A DNA stretch of 64,000 bases, taken from the NCBI GenBank assembly GCA_021613535.1, contig CP075492.1, positions 14,694,001-14,758,000 of the forward strand, written 5' to 3'. The notes under the pieces were generated by a model that saw only the letters and a program-made list of their open reading frames with translations, did not search any database and was not told the DNA's origin. This document shows, piece by piece, positions 35,325 to 48,556 of the stretch; the stretch's first letter is position 1; the number at the start of each line of letters is the position of its first letter. This DNA is from Adineta vaga (Eukaryota; Animalia; Rotifera). The position numbers and the translations under genes are program-made.

Positions 35325-36754
35325 TTCATAGTAATAGTTCAACACCATTTCGATGGAATTCCGACGAAGAAATTGTTTGTTGTTGTTGTTATTGTGACAG
35401 AAAAAGATAATATAAATAAAACGATAATCGAGAGTTTTTTGAAGAATTCTTAGATTAGATATTTCATTCAAAATTAATAAAGATGATTTTACAAAACTTT
35501 CAATGGATTTAATTATTAAAAATGTCATCATTTATCTGTCTAATTGGTACTTTGATTAACAATATTTATCGATATAAATCACTAATCAAGAACCAAGATT
35601 ACTTCTTAAGAATAATTTCAATATCGATTTTTCGAAATATTTATTCGATTATTTATTTTCACTGAATTTCTTAATCATTTCTCTTACTATTAGACTTTCT
35701 TCACGATATACGTTTTTATTGGTAAAATTTTCTTATTATACTCCTAAAAGACAGATGAAAAGAATAATTAAAGTGAAAGTCAATATCATACGAAGAATTT
35801 CCAAAGCGTAATCTTTATTTCTATAGGATAGGTGTGAATGCTTTCATCTCACTTACGTCTTTTTAAAGTGCACATATAATTCTCGACTTCATATCTATTT
35901 AATTAAGAAGTAGCAGAATGAGACCTCTTTCACAAAGGTACCAAAGCTTTTGATATAGAAAAAATTGCTAATCAATAAAAATATGATGTCGACGATTTGA
36001 TCTGCAAAGAAACCATAGAACTAAAGATGGAAGTATCGATACCATTTTAGAAATGATTGAAAAGTGTTGCTTTCAAAAATAGAAGTAGAAGCTTGAAAAC
36101 GAATACTTCATCCATCAGTGACAATAGATGGATTTAAAAGAAGACTTTTAACGTTTTTTGAAACTATTCATTGCTTTGATGTCGCAAATATTTTGTTCTA
36201 CTTTCACATTCCAATATTTGGACTGTTTCAACATTGAATAAGACTGCGAGAAGTCAATCGAAATGTGTGTGAAGTTATTATGACGGATCTCGTCCTTGTT
36301 TAAATATCTCATCAGTTACATTTGACTTTTTAATCATTCAAATCATCTAAACAGATTCAGTTCAATATGGTCTGCATATTAGATAAAAAGTTTGTTCGTG
36401 TTTTCTCAATTTCTCTTTGAGAATGTGCTCAATAGAATAAGAAATGATATTCATTGATTCTATTAATTTCCTAAACTATGGAGTTAAATTTATACTAAGA
36501 AGAACAATAATTAAGAGATTACGAGTGTTGATGGAATATAATAGAAAAAAAAATAAAACAAAATGAAATTGTTGATAAAAATTTATCGAATATTATTTAA
36601 ATACGATTAACTAAATGAACAAAAATAATTATTGGACTTCACACTATAAGATTAAGAAAGACAGATGAAATGCGTTGATTAAAATAATTATCTTCTATTG
36701 AAAATAATAGTTTGATTTGATTATGAAATGAGAACAATGATTATTCGTCAAAAC

Positions 36755-36855
36755 CAAAATGGATTTTCTTGTATAATTGGATGTACAAATTCACAATTAA
36801 ATTATCCTTCAACTATTTCATTTGACTCATTTGGAAATATTCTTATTATTGATCT
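36755..36855 (+). pseudogene. NHL-repeat fragment
   Basis: GFSCIIGC…NSQLNYPSTISFDSFGNILIID matches the NHL consensus (L..P..I.FD..GNL.V.D). No intact gene surrounds it. Confidence 0.55.
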
Positions 36856-37084
36856 GTTGCACGAGCATATCATACAGCAACAATTGTATCAAATCGAACA
36901 GTTTCGGGTGAAGATGGGGATGAGAATGTAGATATACGCATGGGTAGAGTTTAGAAATGCTCACCCGTCTCACCCTCATTATGTGTATTAAATCGAAGAA
37001 AATCCTTTTTATATTCTATGCACTACATAATTAAAGGAAATTCTAGTCAGAAAGGTGCATACTCATTAGTTTGTGAAACTCATT

Positions 37085-37192
37085 ATTCACTATATATATG
37101 TTAGCGTTCATTCAATAGGACACCTCCTACAGCTACAGTGAACATGTTTTGAACAGTCCCGTTGGTGTTCACTATGGAGGATTTTACTGTAT
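37085..37192. mobile_element. Possible pogo/Tc1-like MITE remnant (one end only)
   Basis: Right end reverse-complement reads TA-CAGTAAAATCCTCCATAGTGAACACC, with internal (T/C)AGTGAAC subrepeats. No matching left end found. Confidence 0.35.
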
Positions 37193-37312
37193 ACGATATC
37201 TTCAACCATAATGTAGTAAAATTCTAGTTTCAGTTTATTAGGTTTAATCAAGATTAAAAACATAAAAATGATGTATGTATTAGGAATATTATGCTCACAT
37301 GAGTTTTACTTC

Positions 37313-40300
37313 TTAGAATTTTTTTTTAATTTTTTCATATCTCTTAATAGGATCATTTGTTCTTCGATGTGTTCCATAGTAATGAATAAGTTCGGTTTCG
37401 TATTTTGCACGATCGGATCCCCATTCTGCCGGGTTTTTTGAAAGTTTCGGATATTTAGTAAACAGATGTTGTAACGCCTTTCCAAAATCATCTTTAACAT
37501 ATCCTGGTGCATTAACATGTTGATCGAGAGCTACAGCTTTTCCCAAATTTGATTGTAAATAATCGTTGATTGTATAAGACTTAAAACCAGTTGGTTTTAT
37601 TGGTAACACTTCTTTATTCAAACGATCAATGAAATCAACTACTTGCATTTCTTGAAATTCTTTATTACTGATTGCGTTAACCAGTACTTCTAATGGTTTT
37701 GACGGGGCTGTTTTAATTTTCTTCTGAAAATCTGCTCTAATAAAGTCTTTCAATTCTTTGCCGGTTAGTTCATTATAAGACATTGAATGAACTCCCTTAT
37801 TTTTTGTAACTGTCCAGCCCTGTGCTTCAAAAAGCTCTTCATAAAGTTTGGGATATTGTGTTTTGAATTTCCATACTTGTGTCGGAAATTCACCATTACC
37901 TTTAGGATTGATTGTTTTTTGCATTGCACCAGCTGACGCTATTTCACTATCGTAGGATTGAACACTTTCTAAAGTTCCTTCAGTTGTACTCATTCCACTT
38001 ATTATCTTTTTATCATCAATAGTCGCTTTTTTTCGTTCAATTAAACTATTCCAACCCGTGTAATCAGCTAGATCAGTAGTACCTGAATATTCTGGACCAT
38101 ATTGAATTTTGTTGTTCTTTTCATACTTGACACGATTAAATTGGATGTTTTCATTTGATGGGGCAGTTGGAGCGAGATTATTTTGATAAATCATGGGATA
38201 GAGTGGACCACGATTAGATGATACTATAGAAGAAAACGAAGAAATACTTGATTAAAATAAAATTGCATAGTATCAACTTTGGTAAAATTTGAGTGAGGGT
38301 GTGGGTATAATACTTCACGGTGATATCATGATACGTTTACGAATATTTTAAGGGAAATATATACAATCCTATATCGCTAGGTATAATTTTTATGAAAAAG
38401 TACAGGTTTTTCACCACTCTGATATTATCATTTAGAATACTGAAGTTAGTAGCTTCGATCTGTTACTAAAAATTTCAATTACCGTCGCGAAAATTCCATG
38501 GATAGAACTTGTTGAGAAGATCATTGTTATAATTCAATAAAGGCTGCATTTTAATGCCACCTCTTCTTGGATAATAGTTTCCAGAGTTTCCCATCAAGCG
38601 TAAAACAGTTGTTGGAATGTAGTAACATGATGACAGATTTGTAGAATTGTGATTTGCAATTATTCCCCTGCCAACTGATAATTGTGCAGATGCAGGTAGC
38701 TCATTGGTTTTATTACCAACGTCATATCCAGACTGAGACATTGTTTTATACAGATGTGATTGCGTTGGAGGAGATATTTTCATACGTTCGGTAATACCTA
38801 TAAAAACAACATACAGTTGTATGAAAGTTCAAACAATTTGAAATATGAACATCAAATCAATTCCATATTTTAAATGACTACTGGAAGACGTATGCTAATC
38901 TAATTGATCCTCTCTTTTCTTTCGAAAGTAAGATAAATTACAAACCTGCAATAATCTCGTTAACAAGAATATTTTCAGCATCCGGACTATCATTTGCAAG
39001 ATAGGTATGAATAGCGGTTTTACTGATTGCATATACAGAAAAATTGAATGCAGTTGAAATTGCTTCAGCAATCTCTTTGATCTTGTCATTTTGAATTTTA
39101 ATCAATTGTTCACGTACATGATGACGAGCAGCATCAAGATTTTGAATAGTATGCTTATTGGCAAGTACAAATCCTTGATGTAAGATTAGTTGATCTAATG
39201 TACTTTCAACACGTATATGTGTTACGTATGGCCATGCTCCACCAAAAACTTGACTTCTCAAATTACTGGAAGTTAAAAGTTGAGCAATTGACTGAATGAA
39301 TGAAAATAATTAATTATGCTTTATGTAAAAGAAAAGAATTGAAGTCGTCAAGTAACACTTACATCGAACGATGGTGGTGAAAGACTCTTTCGTAATTCAC
39401 GATAATGATGTTGAAAAATTAAAGCGATTCCAGTCAATTTACTTAATTCTCCTAGACGTAGTAGTTCGGGAAAGTAATTGCCAAATTCATTATAGTTTTC
39501 CGTCACTACTGTTGTAAAATGATCATATCGTGGAGAAGTGCCACCTATGTGCGTTTCAATGAAGCCAGTTTCATTGTTCTTTACTTGTCTGTAACGTGAA
39601 TTAGAAAACAAACATAGTGAATTTTTCCATCCACTCGAATATATTACCTGATATAACTTTCATATTTCACTTGCATATTCGGTGGACCGAGAACATAAGT
39701 CGTAACATCGTCTTGGTCTATTCGGTTATATTTGATTGGACCCGATTCAATCCATATTCTGGTGGCAGAAAGAAGTTCATTGTCTTCTAGTTCGTCATTA
39801 CTGAATAAACGTTGAAATAAATCACTTGATGGAGCCGATGAACTATTCTCACGAATAGGTCGGACATCGAAAGGAAATCGAGCAGACATCTCTGTTCGAA
39901 AATTCATACTCTTCAACCATAGATCTGCATGGAGAAGTGTTGAGAGAAAATCTGTGTCAGTAAGAGCATCATGTGGTAACCATGTAGCTTTTTGAAATGG
40001 ATGTGGAAGCTCAGAAGCCAGAGGAGGATCCAATGAGAAAGATGCACCTATTTGTAATTATTTGAAAGTATAATCAAAAGAAGAATTTCATATGCATACC
40101 TGTAATGCCTTTTTTCATTACCATTTCCACGTCATCAGAATTGAATAAAGCAGGTTTATCTTCTGCTTCCATTAAATTGAACCAAAAGGATCCATTTTGA
40201 TGAAATGAGATTCCTCCAACAGCAGAATATACCTTTCCATCCTTTGAAAGACATAATTGGTATTTTCAACTATTATAAACTGTAGATTCATGAAGATTAC

Positions 40301-41162
40301 TTACGTTAGGTTTTGGTACGTTCAGTGGTAAGCCAGCTAATCGGAAGCCATCTTTATCACGTGGTAACCATTTCCATTGAAGGAGACGTTCTACGTCAGC
40401 CATTTCCCAACCATATGTTTTCAATAAATGTTGTCGTACACGATTTTGTATTTGTTTAAAATTAGTATCATCTCCTTTCATATACTTATTAAAAGCACGA
40501 CGATAATAGTTTAGAGCAGCAGTATCATTTGGATGAATCAAATTCGAGTCCTCTTCACTAACGCCAAAGTTCAAACCATTAATAGAAATCGATAATCCAC
40601 TCTAGATGAGAAAAAGAATTTAGTAAGTCTTGAGAGTGTGGATATGAATTAAACATCATTCTCACTTCCTCATTCATGCTCGTAATTTATAAGAAAAAAA
40701 ACTATACTACCTTATTTCTTGGTGTCGGAGTAGTTTTGTCATCAAGTTCGAAATCAATTTTGTCAATGATTGGACGTATTGTTGTAGTTTCTAGAAAGCA
40801 TAATATGAAAGCTTTTCAACTGATTTGTTCAAAAAACATCTATAGTATTTACCTTGAAATTGATTGGTTGCTAAAGCAGTGGTACATATGCTTGCACATT
40901 CTTCAGAAGAATAATCTGTTTTCTCTTGAGATGTTTCATATGACTCTTCAGAACATTCACATAAATACTGATCTTTTGTATCGCTCGTTGATTGTGTTGT
41001 TAACTCGACTTCTGACGATTGTTCATCGGATTCAGATGGCAAACAATCTATACCAACACAATCATTATTTTCTGAACTCTCTATTGAAGATTCTGGTAGA
41101 ATAAACGATTGAGCTGACACAAACAGGAAAATTAGAATAATGCCAGTATCCAACGACTTCAT
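37313..41162 (-). CDS. Large secreted multi-exon protein: signal peptide, acidic Cys/Ser linker, conserved central region, and a C-terminal bacterial-type putative peptidoglycan hydrolase (lysozyme-like) exon
   Basis: In-phase GT-AG junctions traced at 40852-40791, 40710-40602, 40304-40242, 40099-40048, 39647-39589, 39362-39292 and 38482-38224 (…FRD|VSSNRGPLYPMIYQ…). One junction (~38945-38800) is not resolved. The last exon has EGTLESVQSYDSEIASAGAMQKT and ALDQHVNAPG. Confidence 0.65.
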
Positions 41163-41988
41163 TGCAAAACGTATAGAGTACTTGAAAAAAGCAATCCCTT
41201 ATATAGTATAGTTTGCTTTGAGCGTAAATTTATCACCTCTTGCACATCATAGTTGAATTACGGAAGTAAATTCTATCATCGTTGGTATTTGATTGAAAAT
41301 ATGTGTATAGGTTTTGTCCTATCTTATCTGAAAGGTGAATATGTTTATGACGTGTATACTATACATATATGAAAATTGATCTGTTCGATAACCTTTATTT
41401 ATTGGGATTCGAAAAGATCGAAAGGAATAAAAGATTGAAATATAGTAAAGTAACAATAAAAAATATCGGAAGTGAGATATTTTTCGAACTTGATGCTTGT
41501 TCAATGGTTAGAAAAGAACTTTTCGATGGTGTATAGACAGAGTATTAGTGGTGTGGAATGATAGAAGAGAAAATTATTGTTGTAAATCAGTTAATTTTTC
41601 TTTTTCACTTTATAGTCTGTTTCTGAAGAAGAGATTTGTTCTTATCATTCATAAGCTCCATACAATGATATAGTTGTATGTGATTCCATTATCACAATAA
41701 CATCCATATGTAACTGTTTTGAATATTTTTTTCCGCTTTCTTATTCTCGATAAGCACGCACATGGATAAGATATAAGCAAAAAACTATGATAGATGCATA
41801 TGTCTAACCTCTCCAAGACACATTGTGTTTATATTGTAACATTCTCTTTCTTTATCATCGATCATTACACAGCTCAAGATGAAATAAATAAAATGAAAAA
41901 TTAGTATTACAGATGGCAATAGCATGAAAACAAAGTAGTTCCATTGTGCACAGCACAGCTTGAACAATCATCTAGAAAATCTTTCCCT

Positions 41989-43120
41989 TATTTCGAAGAG
42001 TTATCTAATGAATTCATTTATGAAATATTTGAATAATCTATGAAACTTTTTCGAATCTTAATCAACGATTTAAAAGTCTCTATGTCGATTCAAATCTTCC
42101 AATTAAAACCAACTTTTCAACAACGAATCCAATCACTTCGTTTAACAAATCCATTTGCCGCTAATATTATTTTATCCTTTTTCTAAATTATCGAATCATC
42201 TATTAAGATTATCTTTCTTTTTATAGTCATCATGGGAGATGGTTGTACTGATATTGATCAAACTGAAGTTTACCATGTGCTATCAATAGATATAGTTTGA
42301 TTGAACATCTCGTCATTATAAATTATATTGAACTTGATGAATTTTATATTATATTATCATATGTTCCTCATATTTGTTATCAACTTTCTGAAGAGACTTC
42401 GATATTATATTAAGAAAATCTCATCGAAAAATTTACTTCTTCGTTTTGGACGGATCGGCAATGGTATTTTTCTACTCAATATACTTCTAGGAAAGATGAA
42501 GATACACTTATTTTCTTTTCAGTAAAACCATATAGGTATATAGAACAAATTAATTTATGTACTTGAATCTAATTTTGATATATTTAGATGAACAACATTT
42601 GGATTAAATGGAATAATCAAGGAAAACTTAAACTTTGATTGTATTCGTCACATTAATGTAGAAAATATAAAGGCAATACCTATAATTATAGAAATCATTT
42701 TAACACATATTATTCCTCTGAGACAACTTACTGAATTTGTTGTCACATTTATAGCTATATCGTTTATGGAATTGGTAAAATTATTGAGCGTTGCAGTAAA
42801 TATTCATAAGGTAACACTTGACTATGTTATATAAATGTTCATTGAAAAACGTTGAATTGTTATTTGCCATATGCCTACGATTACAACATTTTGCATTGTA
42901 TGAGGTTTTTAGTAGTTATTTAAAATGTGTAATACAATCAATTTTGCCAAAAACTAATACCAATATAATCGTCATTTATCTTCTTTGCATATTTCCGAGA
43001 CGAGTGATGGAACGAAAGAAACCATAATAATGGTGATTCAAGATAACAACTTGCTTGATGATTATGTGATGGAATCTGTTGATGATAAAGTATATCTTTA
43101 TGGTGGTAGAATTCGTTTTC
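41989..43120 (+). pseudogene. Decayed F-box/LRR gene
   Basis: YFEELSNEFIYEIFE* … TFSNLNQRFKSL is the same F-box type as the 22.8-kb gene; multiple stops and frameshifts follow. Confidence 0.6.
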
Positions 43121-43232
43121 AATGAACTATTTTATTCAAGAATATGATTAAATAAGTTTGCTTCTGCATGATAAACACAGTTTTCTTTTTATATTGTTCT
43201 TCTATACAATAAAATTACTAAAAAAAAAGACA

Positions 43233-45693
43233 TCAGTTCTCAAGCAATGTTTCTGCATATTTCAGTTTTTGTTCCTTTTCCTTAATTATACAATTGCAAT
43301 CTTCTAGCTCTTTATCATCGGATTTGCATGGTTCTTGTAATGGTCGTTCGTTCGATGCATACACCAGACGACCATCTTTAATTACCAAACGAACATCTCT
43401 GAGTATCAAATATTTTCTCTGTTGAACATAAGCTAATCCTTGATATAAGTGTTTGTAAGCTAGAATGTATTGCTTCATATTTAAGTAACAATCAGCCACG
43501 GAGAAATGACTTTCTTCGATAGATCTCATCGAAAATCTATTTGGAGTAGAATTGTTTTCAGCAAAAAGTTTCTGACAGCACTCATGTCGTAGTAGTTCAT
43601 AGTGTAAGGCGGATTTGAAATCGTGCATATGCTCCATGTAGATTGTGACTATCTTTCTATAAAGATCCATCATACGATCCAGTAAGTCTGCTTGCATATT
43701 GTTTAATGGATAGAATTCGAGTGCTTTTTTATAGTGAATCATTGCATCTTCGTAGTGATACAACACTGCATATCTATCTGCCAAATTTTCATAGTTCCAG
43801 GCAAGATCTTGTGATTTGGATGGAATTGGATGGTCTTTTACAAGTTCTATCCAAAGATGTTGGTACTCGATTGATTTCAATCCATATTTGTCTCGATCAG
43901 TTCTAGTTAAATCCTTATAGACACGGGATAACTTTGGCACAATCTCCATTTTTTCATAATCGTTAGTTGAACATTTCTTCAGAGCTAGCTCATAGAAACG
44001 GGCAGCTTTCTTCAGAAAATCAACGGAAAAATCCGACAGATGTGGTGGTCCGCACTCGTAGAGTTGTGCTCTAGCAAAGTAATTTTCGGCAATATCAAAT
44101 GAGCAGTTGAGTTTATCATCATCATCATCAACTGCTGAATACTCCTCCCAAATTGCAAGAGCCTGCTCGTAGTAGGAGAACGATGACGAATAGTCATGCT
44201 TCTTTTCTGTTGGATCATCGCAATGCTGAGCTTCCAGTTCAGCAAGAGCATAAAGTTTCACAGCCTTAATCCACTTTGCTTCTCTCGGATAAATATTCAT
44301 TAGAATATCGAAGACGATGGTATCCTCGAGTGTGGCAATCAGTTCTGACATATCTCTCAGTGCGCTCAAGCAGTTCTTCAGAGTTTTTCTTTCTGATCCA
44401 GCTTCTAGTTGTGTATCCCTGAATATATCGTAGTGTGATTGTAGTTTTAGTTTTACTAGCCAGTACGGCGGCAATTCATGAAGATCGTTTCGTTCTTGTA
44501 TACTGTGAAGAACGAATCTGGTATTCACCATAAATAAAGTTTCCCGTTCTTCAGGAAAGAAACTAAGTGATGTAATGTCTGCAAAGACTGCAGTCAAGTG
44601 TCGGTAGTCTGTTTCGATTTCAAACAGAACGCGATTGGCACCTTGTTCACACTCTGAAGCAATTAGAAATCCCTTGGCTATGGAGCAGTCACTTGATGTA
44701 GAGAACAGAGCGTTGTTTTGAATCGAACATCCAGCTGCTAATTTTTCGAGATCTTTATCTGAAAAAACTTGACCACGATATAATTTGACAATGGATCTTG
44801 CAGTATATTTCTCTTGTTCTTGTTTTAGCTCTCGATATAAATCTTGAAGAAAAGATCCGAACAACAAAAGCACTTTAATATTTCGCTGTCTTAACGCTTG
44901 ATTCAGAATACCAAAGAATATACTTGATCCAGAATACCACGAAACAGCTCGTTTCTTAGAAGGAAAGTCTATCTTAAATTCATCAATAATTGCATCCGTA
45001 AAACCGTGGTTCTTGAGCTCGGCTACAAGTCGATGATGGTAATTTTCAGGATACGGTAAGCTAATCAGTACTTTGATAATATTATGCCACCACAACTCAA
45101 AATTATCGTCGATACTAATTTGATGCCTAGGATTTTGTTCACTGAATATACCAGCTTTTTCGTGTTTGAAATATTCCTGAACATCTTCCTTTATCTTCTT
45201 CAGAAGATCGTCACGTTCCGTGTGGATAGAACAGACTTTCTAAAAGTAAATTCAAATTTGATGATTTAAAATAAAAATTCCTATAATTACCAACCTTGTT
45301 TGCAGCTATGAACTCGAGTGTTCTCGTATCAAGTACTTTACTCTTACCATAGATATACACTTTCCATATATTTGTTTTTCTGAACGGTAACAACTCGGGA
45401 ATAATATCCTGTGCGTATCTAACAGAGCAGACAAGAAATGTAAAAACATCATGACATTTTTCAATATGCTTCAAGCAATATCTCCAGTGATCAAAAGCCT
45501 TTGTATAGTTGACGACTTCACGAAACTTCGTAAGTGTAGAGAAAATTTCTTCCTCATCTTCGAGTTCAGACAATTTGATATCCGTCCATAGTAACTGATA
45601 AGATGTAAGATTTACATCGTGCCGATCGAAATAAGGATGCCATTTCGGTAGTAGACCGACGAGATGAAAATTGTGTGTGCCGCTGGATGCCAT
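43233..45693 (-). CDS. R-S-E ADP-ribosyltransferase with TPR repeats (paralog 2)
   Basis: In-frame intron 45294-45240 (IAANK|KVCSIH). Motifs LYRGQ, LFSTS and PEERETLF; TPRs (YYEQALAIW, AMIHYKKALE). N-terminus FDRHDVNLTSYQLLWTD aligns with FDRERLNLESHQLVWCD of paralog 1. Confidence 0.85.
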
Positions 45694-46660
45694 TCTATTG
45701 CCAAGCCGTATAATAATACACGAGCAAATAATGATACGATATATTCCATTCTCATTTCTCTCAAGTATATCACATATACACGATTTTTTATTCTATTCCT
45801 TATCTCTTTTTTTGCGTTTGTTTCTTTCTTTTATTATTGTCACAACAACTACTCTAGTCTTTTTCGTTTTTCTTATGTTGGAGAATAACAATACTCACGT
45901 GGGAAGAAACAAAAATGTCTTCAAACGATAATCGTGTTCGTAATATTCTTTTTACGTTCCTATCTCTTCATTCTTTGTCAAAAAAAACAATCTTCCTTCC
46001 TCACAAAAGTCTCCCGTTAGATACCTCATGATGGATAAAAACAGAATGCATGTCTACGTGATAGAATGAGATGAAATAAGAAGGAGAGAAAAGCATTCTT
46101 GTGTCAGAACGATTACATTCTGCCATAACAATTCGAACTAGGAGAACTCCCCAATTTCTAAATCTTTTTTTACTCAAAACTCATCGTAAATTCATGATTA
46201 TCAGTAGAGTTCAGCATCATATGACTAGTTGTTTGCTTGCTGTCTATATCTTGGACATTTCTGATCATCAGACTCATCATGATTTTTTCTTGAATAGCTT
46301 TCTGAGAAACGAATAGATTTCTATATATTATATTTATAAAAAACTTTGTGAATATTGATGCCGAATATATATTCTTGAACAAACAGATTATCCTTGTATT
46401 TATTCAATTCAATATATTGCACTCTATAGGACACGATGTTTTTGCACTAAAAATATTCATATTGCCTTCATTGACTTGTCATTAAAATTTCGTTCAATTG
46501 ATTCTAGGAAGGGATTTAGTAAGTATATACATACGAGTATATAGACAGTATATTTTATATAGATTCACATTGATATTTCATACAGTTATGTCGTATTCTA
46601 GGAGAGGCCTGAGTTGTCCATTTATTAAAACTAATAAAAAGAAACATTCTATATGTTACA

Positions 46661-47815
46661 CTAAAAATATACAATATCATCATTACTCGTACAAAGTTTT
46701 TCGTATGTAGTATCAAAAATAGGTTCATAAATATCGCCTGTTCGATGATAATGACTTTGAGTCATCATATATGGAAGAAGTTTTTCATATGTATTGGCTA
46801 GATTACTACAAGCTTTACTTCTTTCTGTGTTCAAAGTCTGATTGTCGTCATTATGTGCCCATCGTAAAGTAATTTTTAAATATTTTGTTGCTGCGTATCG
46901 ATGATACGTTTCAACTTCTAATTTGCCTTGTTGATCATTATGAATTGTCGTTATCATCTTCTGATCTTCATCTGTTGGTAATATATATTGAAAGTTAAGA
47001 TGTTTACCTTGCAATCGTTGTGGAATATTTATTGGATCAATGTATTTCGTTAGATCAGTTTCTTTTTTGATGAATTTTATTTTATTTTCAACAGTTGGAT
47101 CTAACCATGGTCGAACAATAGACCAACAGCTATTGAATACCCATGAAGCATTGGCAATAAGTCCAAGACCAAGAGATTCAGGATAATAATTTTGAAATAG
47201 ATTAATAAAGTTTTTTGCTATTTGTAAATCAATATTTTTCATACTCAATCCATTAACATCAAGAACAACAGTAAACGTTTCCACGGGCGGTCGAAGCAAT
47301 TTTCGACATATCTCCAATGCTAGAACTGCCAGTTTTTCAGTGCTTTCCATAGGATATTCACCTCGAATGTGTTCTTTCAAATGAATATAACAAACGGGTC
47401 GATCAGCTCTATCTCGACCCATGAAATAACCTTTACCCACTTTGGCTTCATCAAGCGAAATTTCACTTTCCCCTCTAGCTAAAAAATGTGAAACACCCCA
47501 TTTAATTCGCCATTGAAGAAGATTCAACATGTATTGAACAGTATTTTTTACGTCCCATTTTTGTGCACGAAGCCAGCGAAGTAAAACAACATCAGGATTT
47601 TCACATCCAAACCAATTAAATAATTCATTACCATAATCAGTATTCAAAATGTCTTTGCCGGATGCATGAAGAGCATTGATCAACTCTATCCAACATTCTT
47701 TCAAAACATTTCTTTGTGTTCCATCAAGATTATCTAAAACAATATGAATTCTATTTCGACCATATTTTCCAGTAATTAGATACATACTGATATGGCCAGG
47801 ATCATTGGCAGTCAT
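46661..47815 (-). CDS. CRAL-TRIO/Sec14 lipid-binding protein (fungal CSR1/SFH-like), intronless
   Basis: Motifs PDVVLLRWLRAQKWDV, GRDRADRPVCYI, FQNYYPESLG and WSIVRPWLDP…KIKF. Confidence 0.9.
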   Translation of the reverse strand: MTANDPGHISMYLITGKYGRNRIHIVLDNLDGTQRNVLKECWIELINALHASGKDILNTDYGNELFNWFGCENPDVVLLRWLRAQKWDVKNTVQYMLNLLQWRIKWGVSHFLARGESEISLDEAKVGKGYFMGRDRADRPVCYIHLKEHIRGEYPMESTEKLAVLALEICRKLLRPPVETFTVVLDVNGLSMKNIDLQIAKNFINLFQNYYPESLGLGLIANASWVFNSCWSIVRPWLDPTVENKIKFIKKETDLTKYIDPINIPQRLQGKHLNFQYILPTDEDQKMITTIHNDQQGKLEVETYHRYAATKYLKITLRWAHNDDNQTLNTERSKACSNLANTYEKLLPYMMTQSHYHRTGDIYEPIFDTTYEKLCTSNDDIVYF

Positions 47816-48556
47816 TGATATGATTCTATATGATAAATTATAAACATACGTTTTAACTTTCTTTTTGAGACTTATTTATACAGTGTATTTATACATGCAT
47901 ATCAATGATGACGCAGCGTCATGACATGAGAAGGAGTAAAAAAAGCTACAAGCGTACTTTTCTTATCCTCTTCGTACGCAATAATCAAGTAGAAACACAA
48001 TGACGAATTAACCTTTCAACTCAAAATTATATTTGTTTATAATATAAGTGTGCACTTTCGAATAGCAAATGGTAATACTACAGTGTGATATACTTTTGAA
48101 ATATGAGAGAAAATGGCTTTGAAGAAATAAATTTATCATAACCTTTTCAAACTATTATTATTATAGTTTATGATTCACCTGAATATATAGTTCGAGATCA
48201 TTGGACTACGGATTTTAAGATAACAGAAGCCTATATCAACAATATACTTTATGTTTCTTTACAAAGCAAAGCATCTACTTTCTTATCTTTTTTTCATGAC
48301 GGTCAAATATTATCAAGCATGTTATTTTCTCTAATGATGAAACTCAGAAAGTGCTATACTTCATTATCTTGCATCAGCATGTAATGCCTTCCTCTATGTC
48401 ATATGATATGGCTTATTTGTTGTGTATCTCGAGTTCTTTTTATTATATTTTGAATACATGTGAAAATATTTCTATTATCTTTTATTTGATATGAGATACG
48501 GTATAAATTCTTGCAGTTCTGAGGGTATGTTAGCAGATTTAATCTGAATACTAACG

